Origin: Promethearchaeota archaeon
Lineage (GTDB): Archaea > Asgardarchaeota > Lokiarchaeia > Sigyniarchaeales > SOKP01
Direction: 5' to 3'
Length of the DNA: 36,357 bases
Assembly (NCBI GenBank): GCA_037386725.1
Contig: JARRLT010000048.1
Location: forward strand, 1 to 36,357
The notes beneath the pieces are model-generated. The model searched no databases, was not told the origin of the DNA, and worked only from the letters and a program-made list of their open reading frames with translations. Positions 28,007 through 36,066 of the stretch are shown here, in pieces; within the stretch, counting starts at the first letter, position 1; each line of letters begins with the position of its first letter. A program made the translations under genes and the position numbers.

Positions 28007-29334
28007 ATGTTAGAGTTTCATTTTCACGAATGGGTTGGAGTTATATTTTTTTCAAAGGTTTATTCCATGAAATTCCTGGCATTGAAATTGTTGAACCCCC
28101 TCTAGTAAATACTGAAATCGTTAGTGAAGGAGTCAAATATTCTCCTGAATTCGTTTGTTTTCCATTTAAAGTTATTCTTGGTGAAATGATAAACCTGTAT
28201 CGTAATTATGATGTTAAAGACTTTATGATGATTGCTGACCACGGCCCTTGTCGAGCAGGAATGTATGGTGTTGTCCAGAAAAGAATTATGAAAAACATGG
28301 GATTCAAGGATGTTAGAATGTTTTATCTGCGTCAAGATGATTTCCGAAATCTTGAATGGCTAAGGGTATTTCCTAATTTAGAAAAAAGAACAGGAAGAAA
28401 AATTGATGACTATAAAATTTTAAGAAACACACTCTTGTTCTTGGTCAAAGCATACTATGTTGAAAGAATAAGCCATATTGAAGGACTTGTTAGATGTCGA
28501 GAAAAAAACAAATCAATGACTACCAAAGTAGTTCATACTTTGATGAATTTACTTGATAACGAAAATAACTTGATGAAATTATCTAATTTTGATAGAATAA
28601 TAGATGAAAATTTTCGCAAGATTCCAATTGACAAGGATATGGAACCTTTGAGGGTTTGTTATACTGGGGAAATCCAAGTCATGTTGGAGAAATGGGTTAA
28701 TTATGATCTGATGGGGGAATTAGGCGTCATGGGTATCGAGGTTCACAAACAGTATGATGTCTTTGATTGGGTTATGTACAAACTTGATGCCAGCAAACGA
28801 AGAAGACGGCTTGAACGTAAAGCAAGAAACTATATTCCAATGGATATTGGTGGAGAAGCAGTATGGAATATGGGAAGTTATCTTGAGTCTCAAGAAAAAG
28901 GTTTTGATGGTTTTGTTCATATATTCCCATTTACTTGCATGCCTGAAATATCCCTTATGGGAATGCTAGAAGCTGAGAAAAACATGGACAAGTTTTACAT
29001 GCCCCACATTCATTTTAGTCTTGATGGAAGCTCTGGATTTGAAGGACTTAGAACAAGAATTGAAGCATTTTATGATTTAATGGTTGGCAACAAGGAAACT
29101 AATCCCTTATTTAGAGATGTCAAGTATACAGTCCCAGATGAAATAAAAAATATATATTTTAAACCGAAATCCGATTTTGAATATTTCATGTCTGGTATTG
29201 AAAAACCAATGTCAATGGTTTTAACAATGCTGAATCCATCAAAGAAATTAGATATAGGATTCACCATTAAGAATGGATTCAAGTTTTTTTCAAGAAATTC
29301 GTTTTTTGATATCGGATCTCTTTTTAACCTTTGA
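28000..29334 (+). CDS. DUF2229-family protein (second activase-associated component; HgdB/BcrC-like partner role inferred)
   Basis: EGVKYSPEFVCFPFKVILGEMINL..DFMMIADHGPCRAGMYGVVQKRIM matches the DUF2229 pattern (CyP.K...G........d..fmp...GpCRfG.Y). It is translationally coupled to the ATPase (ATGGTAAATG overlap at 27997-28006). Confidence 0.7.
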   Translation: MVNVRVSFSRMGWSYIFFKGLFHEIPGIEIVEPPLVNTEIVSEGVKYSPEFVCFPFKVILGEMINLYRNYDVKDFMMIADHGPCRAGMYGVVQKRIMKNMGFKDVRMFYLRQDDFRNLEWLRVFPNLEKRTGRKIDDYKILRNTLLFLVKAYYVERISHIEGLVRCREKNKSMTTKVVHTLMNLLDNENNLMKLSNFDRIIDENFRKIPIDKDMEPLRVCYTGEIQVMLEKWVNYDLMGELGVMGIEVHKQYDVFDWVMYKLDASKRRRRLERKARNYIPMDIGGEAVWNMGSYLESQEKGFDGFVHIFPFTCMPEISLMGMLEAEKNMDKFYMPHIHFSLDGSSGFEGLRTRIEAFYDLMVGNKETNPLFRDVKYTVPDEIKNIYFKPKSDFEYFMSGIEKPMSMVLTMLNPSKKLDIGFTIKNGFKFFSRNSFFDIGSLFNL

Positions 29335-29530
29335 GAAGCTATTTTGTTATGAAAGTTTCTTTTCCAAATATGGGCAATTCGTGGCCGGCGAAAATTTTTG
29401 ATTTGATTATTACTTAGATCTGTAAGATCACAACTTTAAAGCAAAGCGAATCTTTAAAATGATCTTAGATTCTTTTTACAAAATTATAAAATGGATTTAT
29501 TTTTAATTATTTAATATAATATAGTTAAAA

Positions 29531-30442
29531 TTGACTTTTAAGGAAAAAAGGAGAATAATGCCAAAAGCGAATATAAATCATATAGAAATTGAATATGAAA
29601 CAGTTGGAAATCCAGATTCAAAACCAATATTATTAATAGCGGGTTTGGGTAGCCAACTATTAGCTTGGTCGGATGATATATGTAATGAACTTGTCGATAA
29701 TGGCTTTTTTGTTATCAAGTTTGATAATCGAGATGTTGGTTTATCAACAAAATTTAACAATGCTGGGATACCAGATATGATGGAAATTAGTGCTGCTTTT
29801 ACTCGTGGAGAGATACCAGATGTTCCATATACATTAGAAGATATGGCTAATGATGTTGTTGGTTTATTAAATGCGTTAAATATTAATAGAGCGCATCTCT
29901 GTGGTGCTTCTATGGGTGGTATGATCGCTCAAATTGTAGCTTATAAATATCCTTCTAGAGTTTTATCATTGAATGTAATTATGAGTACAACAGGAAATCC
30001 TTTATTACCACAAGCAAATCCAGAGGTTATGACTCAATTTTTCGCACCGATTCCTTCTGAACGAAAAGCATATATAGAAGAAATGGTAAAACGCGATAAA
30101 TTAATATATGGTGATTTTAATTATGATGAAAACAAAGCAAGAGAATACAGGACAAACGAGTATGACAGAAGTTACTATCCTGAAGGTGTAGTTCGTCAAA
30201 TGGCAGCAATGGCAGTACCAGGTAACATTCAGCCCAAAATCTCAGTAATTAAAGCACCAACCCTTGTGATCCATGGAAGGAAAGATCCTTTTAATTCTGT
30301 TGAAGCTGGTAAAGAAATTGCATCAACGATACCTGGAGCGGAACTATTACTTTTGGATGGAATGGGACATAGTATTCCTAATGAAATCTTAAAACAAATA
30401 GTAGACGCAATAAGTAACAACAGTAAGAAAATCAAATCATAA
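29531..30442 (+). CDS. Alpha/beta-fold hydrolase
   Basis: The oxyanion region ILLIAGLGSQLLAWSD and the nucleophile elbow HLCGASMGGMIA (GxSxG) are present, with the His-containing C-terminal block LLLLDGMGHSIP. Confidence 0.85.
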   Translation: MTFKEKRRIMPKANINHIEIEYETVGNPDSKPILLIAGLGSQLLAWSDDICNELVDNGFFVIKFDNRDVGLSTKFNNAGIPDMMEISAAFTRGEIPDVPYTLEDMANDVVGLLNALNINRAHLCGASMGGMIAQIVAYKYPSRVLSLNVIMSTTGNPLLPQANPEVMTQFFAPIPSERKAYIEEMVKRDKLIYGDFNYDENKAREYRTNEYDRSYYPEGVVRQMAAMAVPGNIQPKISVIKAPTLVIHGRKDPFNSVEAGKEIASTIPGAELLLLDGMGHSIPNEILKQIVDAISNNSKKIKS

Positions 30443-30527
30443 TAACTCTCTGATAATATTTTATCATTTATTCAAAATCCAAACACTTTCCAATTACTAA
30501 ATTAAATTACAATAAATTCTGGATTCA

Positions 30528-31442
30528 TTACTTTACTTTTGCATGGACTATGCAATGTGTGCTATTTATATACCCTACTGTATTCCCATTTTTATCCTGA
30601 AAGTACATTTCTTCCAACTTTTGAGAATCCAATTGTTTAATTAATTCTAATCCTCGTTTTTGAAGAAATTGAATGATTTCACCCTTTTCTATACCAAAGG
30701 TCCAGCTTTCTCCAGATTTTTTAACAGTTCTGTATATTTCCTGTTCTCCTTTAAACAAGTTTTTTTCTTCAAGGACTGATTGATAGATATAATCAAAAAC
30801 AACTTCACTTCCCTTACCTGCACTTTTACTAATAAAATTAAAATCTTCATTGATTGCAGATTCATTCAAATACATTATAATTCCTTCGAGAATATAAAGC
30901 GTTTTTTTATTGTACTCAAAATCCGCTCCTTTCATTGTTTCTTTGATATTCTCACTATTAAAGTTTATTTTCACATACCTAACTCTTCCAGGATCTACTT
31001 TTCGTTTTTTATATTGCTTTAATTTATCAGATATGGTTGTCATAACGTCCAATTCAAAAACTTTAATATTTTCAAAACCTTCTGTTAACCGAATGCCTCG
31101 AGTATCAAAACCAGCCCCAAAGATAAGAATCTGGTTGAAATTGTTTGATAGTGCTTTTATAAAAATCTTGTCAATGAATTTCGTCCGAGCAATGACATAT
31201 TCATAAATCCCTTCTGGACCCAATTTTTTCATAAGGAAGGATCTTATTCTTTTAGATTTAACTAAAGGTTGTAATATTTTAGTTAATAATCGAGGAGCTA
31301 TATAATCATTACTTTTATAGTAAGGTGATTTCTCATAATATGATGAAGCCCTTGAAACACATGTAAACGCAGCGGTTCTAGAAGATTTTTTCTCAATTCG
31401 TCGATTTTTCTTTTTTAAATTCATAAAGATCATAAAGATCAA
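30528..31442 (-). CDS. Class I SAM-dependent methyltransferase of the leucine-carboxyl-methyltransferase / TIGR00027 (Omt) family
   Basis: TAAFTCVSRASSYYE (family N-terminal motif), ARTKFIDKIF...ILIFGAGFDTRGIRL (SAM-binding GAGxDTR) and ILEGIIMYL. Confidence 0.7.
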   Translation of the reverse strand: MIFMIFMNLKKKNRRIEKKSSRTAAFTCVSRASSYYEKSPYYKSNDYIAPRLLTKILQPLVKSKRIRSFLMKKLGPEGIYEYVIARTKFIDKIFIKALSNNFNQILIFGAGFDTRGIRLTEGFENIKVFELDVMTTISDKLKQYKKRKVDPGRVRYVKINFNSENIKETMKGADFEYNKKTLYILEGIIMYLNESAINEDFNFISKSAGKGSEVVFDYIYQSVLEEKNLFKGEQEIYRTVKKSGESWTFGIEKGEIIQFLQKRGLELIKQLDSQKLEEMYFQDKNGNTVGYINSTHCIVHAKVK

Positions 31443-31690
31443 AGCAATTTTTGATTTTAATGTTATTGATATTCTATCTCAAAAGGTATTTCCTTAGGCT
31501 TATAGATAAAATAGATTTAATGATAAAATTCTCTGTTATCCTTCTAAATTATGTTTATATTAGTGTAAAAATTAATTGATATTAATAACAAAGAGTAAAA
31601 ATGAGAATTTCCATATTGAGAGCAATAAAAGACAGATCAAGTTATTGAAAATTGAATTAATTAAACTTTACCATAGGGGTAGGAATTAAA

Positions 31691-31887
31691 AATGCCAAGG
31701 AAAAAGATTAAAAGAGAAAATTCTTTAGTTAAATGCGGTGTTTGTGATGGAACCGGAAAAGGTGAGAGAGTTTTTAAGGTGACAATTGGATGGGTTCTTG
31801 GATAGTCGGATAGCCCCCGTATGGTCACCGAGATTTGTCCTATTGTGAGGGAAGTGGTTGGGCTAAAAAATAATTAAAATTTTTTTC
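31691..31887 (+). pseudogene. Decayed copy 3 of the CxxCxGxG mini-protein family (frameshifted; second zinc knuckle lost)
   Basis: MPRKKIKRENSLVKCGVCDGTGKGERVFKVTIGWVLG, then stop. A shifted frame carries ..EICPIVREVVGLKNN, then stop, which is alignable at nucleotide level to the ..EPCPNCGGSGWIEK end of copy 1. Confidence 0.45.
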
Positions 31888-31948
31888 ATAATATCAAAAA
31901 ACTAGTGAAAAGAACAGAAAAAGAATTCAAAAAAAGGATGAGATTATA

Positions 31949-32056
31949 ATGAGAAAAAAGAAATTAGGGATTTTGGGACAATTAGTAAATTTAGTAAAAC
32001 AACTTGTCCACGTTGTAGGGGAACGGGTTGGATTGAAAGAAAAGTATCTTCTAAAT
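31949..32056 (+). pseudogene. Decayed copy 4 of the CxxCxGxG mini-protein family (frameshifted)
   Basis: The ATG frame gives MRKKKLGILGQLVNLVKQLVHVVGERVGLKEK... The +1 frame holds KTTCPRCRGTGWIERK, then stop, so only the second knuckle is retained. Confidence 0.4.
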
Positions 32057-32207
32057 AGAATAATTAAGATCTTAAGACTAAATATTTAATTTTTTATTAT
32101 TTCTTAAATACACTCTAATGCTTACATATTGTTTATTAAAATCATAAATTCAATAGAATATTTCAAAATATTAATACAATTTATACAACTGGAACATTAA
32201 ATTAATT

Positions 32208-33281
32208 ATGAATTATTATAAAAAAGAATCGTTATTTTCTATTTTAAAAGAGAGAACAAATTATACAGAATTTGCTTATTCCGATAATGAAAACGGTTCT
32301 GTTATAATATCCGAATATGGGGGAAGACCTTTAGGAATATTTCCAAAATTGAATTCTGTTAGTTTATTATGGATAAATCCTCATTTGAAGGAAATATTAA
32401 TATCAAACCAAAGAGATATTGGTGGCGATCGCTATTGGTTAAGTCCTGAAAGAAGATTCTTTTATAGGGATCCCCATAATTGGGAACAATGGTTTTGTCC
32501 GACTGGTCTTGATCCAGGATATTATGATATCCTTAAAAAAAGTAGAACTTATTGCCTTCTTAAGTCAGAGTTAAATTTGGTGGATCAGATCACTAAAGAG
32601 GAGTATTATGGAAAGATCAAAAGAGAGATCTCTCTTATAGAAGAACCGATAAAAACTAATCTAGCATATGTTGCCATAGAATACAGAGATAAATGTGTGA
32701 TACATAAACCAGATTTAAAAATAAATGGATGGAGTCTTGCCACTGTGATTAGTGGGGGACGAAAAAACCCCGGAACAGTAGTTATTCCTACAAGTGCAGA
32801 TCCTAAGCCACTATCTTACTTTAGGAAAATTGCCAAAAACAGATTAAATGTTGGAGATAATTATGTAACCTTTAAAATTGATGTAAATGATATATATAAA
32901 TTAGCAATAAGACCAGAAGATATCGATTTCAAAAGAAAATCGAAGATTGGCTATATATTGAAAATTCCAGATTATCAAGATTATGGATTTTTGGTTAAGC
33001 TTAGTGATGATATCCCAAAAACCCAAAAGGAATGCTTTGATGTTGCTAGAGATCACCCAAATGGCGAAATCGGAGTAATTCAATCCTATAATTCAAAATC
33101 TCAAAATTCAAATAATTTGAGATACGGAGAAATTGAATTGCAACTCAATCCATTTAAAACAGTTAAGGAAAATTCAATTGGTATATCTAAACATCAGTTA
33201 GTGGCCTATATTGGTTCAAGAGAAGATATCCTTTATGCTGTGGAAAAATACCTGGGAGTTGAAGATCCATTTTTATTTTAA
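32208..33281 (+). CDS. Hypothetical protein (357 aa), no confident family assignment
   Basis: Long clean ORF in AT-rich DNA with a good start context. Contains GGDRYWLSPERRFFYRDPHNWEQW. No catalytic motif recognised. Confidence 0.6.
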   Translation: MNYYKKESLFSILKERTNYTEFAYSDNENGSVIISEYGGRPLGIFPKLNSVSLLWINPHLKEILISNQRDIGGDRYWLSPERRFFYRDPHNWEQWFCPTGLDPGYYDILKKSRTYCLLKSELNLVDQITKEEYYGKIKREISLIEEPIKTNLAYVAIEYRDKCVIHKPDLKINGWSLATVISGGRKNPGTVVIPTSADPKPLSYFRKIAKNRLNVGDNYVTFKIDVNDIYKLAIRPEDIDFKRKSKIGYILKIPDYQDYGFLVKLSDDIPKTQKECFDVARDHPNGEIGVIQSYNSKSQNSNNLRYGEIELQLNPFKTVKENSIGISKHQLVAYIGSREDILYAVEKYLGVEDPFLF

Positions 33282-33282
33282 G

Positions 33283-34089
33283 TTAAAATGGGGCTTTTAC
33301 AAATCCTCCATCAACTTGAATAACAGTTCCAGTAATATAAGAAGCTTTGTCCGATCCTAAAAACACTACTAAATTCGCTAATTCTTCTGGTTTTCCCATG
33401 CGACCCATTGGAATTTGATCTGTCCATGATTTTCTTACTTGTTCTTCTGATTTATCCGTAGTTTTAACGGTACTTTTTATTAATTCCTTCATTCGATCAG
33501 TTAAATTTGGTCCTGGGCAAACAACATTAACTAAAATTCCCTCCTTGGAGTATTCATTTGAAAGAGTTTTGGCATATCCTACTACCCCCATTCTTGTTGT
33601 GTTAGAAAGAACCAGATTTTCTAACGGCTGTTTCACCGAAACGGAAGTTATTGCAATTATCTTACCGCCTCCTTTTTGTTTTTTCATAATTGGAACTATG
33701 TAATCACATAATCGAATGAAGGATCTCAGATTCAAGTCAAGAGAATTATCCCAATCCATTGAAGTTATTTTTTCTATTGGTTTTGATGGAGGTCCACCAG
33801 CGTTATGAATAATAATGTCAATTCGACCAAATTTGTTGTAAGTTTCATCTACTATTTTTTTAATTTCTTTTTCATCTTTTAGATTTCCGACGATATAATC
33901 AACATTTTGTCCAGAAAATTCAGTTTCCACTTGTTTGATAATTTTTTGAGCAGAAATCAAACGTTCTTCCGATCTACTATTAATAATTACATTTGCCCCT
34001 TCTTTATAAAATCCTTTCGCACAGGCAAGCCCTAATCCTTTACTAGATGCAAGTATTAAAGCAACTTTATTCTTTAGTCCTAAATCCAT
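33283..34089 (-). CDS. Short-chain dehydrogenase/reductase (SDR, FabG-like)
   Basis: N-terminal Rossmann ALILASSKGLGLACAKGF..NVIINSRS, NAGG, and GYAKTLSNEYSKEGILVNVVCPGP (catalytic region and PG motif). Confidence 0.85.
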   Translation of the reverse strand: MDLGLKNKVALILASSKGLGLACAKGFYKEGANVIINSRSEERLISAQKIIKQVETEFSGQNVDYIVGNLKDEKEIKKIVDETYNKFGRIDIIIHNAGGPPSKPIEKITSMDWDNSLDLNLRSFIRLCDYIVPIMKKQKGGGKIIAITSVSVKQPLENLVLSNTTRMGVVGYAKTLSNEYSKEGILVNVVCPGPNLTDRMKELIKSTVKTTDKSEEQVRKSWTDQIPMGRMGKPEELANLVVFLGSDKASYITGTVIQVDGGFVKAPF

Positions 34090-34407
34090 AAATAATCATA
34101 TCTATCTTTCTAAATTAATTTTTAATATTTTATCAAATATAATTAATAGATATGATATTCTCGCGAAAGAAGGAAGAATTATTGATGATAATGATATCTT
34201 GATTATAGGTATAATATTAGCAAATGGAATGAATCAAAGAAATCGAAATCTTAACATTTTAAAATATATATTTACAATAAAAATGATTCAAATTGGAAAA
34301 TTATTTATTTTAAAAATTAAATTTTTCTCAATCTTTAAATAACTTAAAAGAAATTATGAAACACCGCATAAGTTCTGTTTAAAAGAGAAGAGAGTAAAAA
34401 AATTGTT

Positions 34408-34785
34408 TTAATCTGGAGTTAATTCATCCAAATCGCTAAGATCTAAACCTGAATCTAAGGTGTCGGGTACTTCAGATAAGAATTCATCCAAAATCTCTCG
34501 AAGTTCATCACCAGAACGTTTTAGAATCAATCGAATTAAACCAATATTAATATCAGGATCAGAAATTAAACATAATACCCCTTTAGGTCCACAACTTGCC
34601 GCAAAAATCTTACCCCCACTAAATTCACTCGTAACGATATCTAATGCTCCAAGTTCTAGGTTTTTTCCTTGTTCTTCACTAGCGCAAAAAACCGCACTAG
34701 CAATAGCACCAATTCCATCAACATCCGCAGGAAAATAGGAAAACTTAGATACACTTGCAATAGTTAGACCAGTTCTATCAACCAA
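34408..34785 (-). CDS. Roadblock/LC7 domain protein with an acidic C-terminal tail (TTG start in track; frame open further upstream through the GC-rich fragment)
   Basis: [12 protein letters not shown]...[64 protein letters not shown] fits the Roadblock pattern. The tail [18 protein letters not shown] is acidic. Confidence 0.7.
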   Translation of the reverse strand: MVDRTGLTIASVSKFSYFPADVDGIGAIASAVFCASEEQGKNLELGALDIVTSEFSGGKIFAASCGPKGVLCLISDPDINIGLIRLILKRSGDELREILDEFLSEVPDTLDSGLDLSDLDELTPD

Positions 34786-34803
34786 AATAACTTTTTTAAT
34801 ACG

Positions 34804-34893
34804 GAGGGACTCAACTTCCAGTTCTGCGGCGCCCTGGTGAACTACGACATGCCCTGGAACCCCATGCGGGTCGAGCAGCGGATTGGGCGAATT
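34804..34893 (+). other. 90-bp GC-rich (about 65% GC) foreign-looking fragment whose plus-strand frame encodes the Snf2/RapA-type helicase motif V-VI ([30 protein letters not shown])
   Basis: Abrupt composition shift at both ends. The translation closely parallels E. coli RapA [35 protein letters not shown]. There is no ORF context on the plus strand; it sits between two minus-strand genes. Confidence 0.5.
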
Positions 34894-35364
34894 CTGATAA
34901 TCGATTTTGCATATCTATTTTTTCTTTTTCTAATGTGCTCACTCTAGAATGAAATTCTTCTAAATTTGTTTTTATTTCTTCATAATCTTCATATTTAGTT
35001 AATTCTTCTTTAAATCCTTGATTTTGTTGTTCTACTTTATTTAAATCTTGATTTAAAGTGGCTATTTCTTTATTTTTGAGTTGAACTTCATTTTTTAAAG
35101 ATTTTATCTCTGATTTGAGTTTTTGTAGTTCTTTTTCCTGATTTTCACTGATTTCCCGGCTTTCTTGGATATAATTTTCTTTTTGTTCATCTCAATTTTA
35201 TGATCTTTCTCTTCATTAAATTGTTGTTTTGAATTAGAAGTCTTATCCTCGAAATTATTTTCTTGCCCAATCTCACCAATTTCATTTTTTTCTGAATGTT
35301 TATTTTCTAAATGATTATCTTCTTCTTTAACTTGATTATTCAAGGTATTTTCTTTTTCATTCAT
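34810..35364 (-). CDS. Low-complexity N-terminal region plus coiled-coil protein. The frame is broken around 35104-35185 (A-rich run), and the C-terminus runs into the GC-rich fragment
   Basis: The track ORF 35104..35364 frame ends NSNQR, then stop. A +1 frame continues [101 protein letters not shown].., with heptad periodicity. Its last 25 codons ([25 protein letters not shown]) are read from the foreign GC-rich insert. Confidence 0.4.
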
Positions 35365-35673
35365 TTTTTATAAGTAAGTAAATTCTGTATTATTTCTAAT
35401 ATTTAGTAAAAAGAATAGACTAATAAAATTATTTCAATATAGATTTCATTAAATCTCATAGTTCTTGGACTTTAATAGGTTTTAAAATTTTTTTATCAAA
35501 TCAAGCAGAAAGGAAATTATCTTTATCATTCCTCATTATAAAGATGGTGATAGTAATTATAAGGATATAATCGAATTTTCAATTAATCTGATTTTTCTTA
35601 CTAATTCTATTCCATTAATTTTAGGAAACATGAAATATATTATTAATAGCTTAGAAAACTGAAATTAAAAAAA

Positions 35674-36066
35674 TTAACTCAAAAAGCTTTTTATTGTGTT
35701 TGATATATTTTTTTGATCAGAAATAAGATAACTTTGATTTAACATAGATTTCAAGTTTTGATTATCTTCGATGTTAAAATATTTGTAACCTAAAACCTTT
35801 CTTTCTGAACTTTCGGGAAGAATAGAGAAAAGTGAGATCTCATTATCAACAATGTTAAGAATTAAAGAATTATATTGGTTTCCATTAGTGGGTTCTTTTA
35901 ATGTTAGATATAAACTATTGTCAATTTCTCCCCAACTTGACTTAAATTTCAAATAAAAGTCAGAAATATCGATTTGATTATTCCCCAATAGTTCAGCTAT
36001 ACTATTTAATATCATTTGATAAGAATCTCTTTCTGAAGAAATATTAGAATTAAAATTTGTCACAAT
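35674..36066 (-). CDS. C-terminal portion of a hypothetical protein (AT-rich, native composition). Its N-terminal part has been replaced by, or joined to, the GC-rich fragment upstream
   Basis: About 130 stop-free codons in AT-rich DNA (..VIVTNFNSNISSERDSYQMILNSIAELLGNNQIDISDFYLKFKSSWGEID...), which is unlikely by chance. No family recognised. Confidence 0.45.
   Translation of the reverse strand: MVTNFNSNISSERDSYQMILNSIAELLGNNQIDISDFYLKFKSSWGEIDNSLYLTLKEPTNGNQYNSLILNIVDNEISLFSILPESSERKVLGYKYFNIEDNQNLKSMLNQSYLISDQKNISNTIKSFLS

Noticed and set aside
34460-34738. Track ORF 34460..34738 (+), 92 aa
   Set aside because: Antisense to the Roadblock gene.
34804-34893. Considered whether the GC-rich 90-mer is a tRNA or other ncRNA (GC-rich islands in AT-rich archaea are often RNA genes)
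   Set aside because: No acceptor or anticodon arm can be drawn. Instead it translates cleanly to a helicase motif V-VI, so it is a protein-gene fragment.
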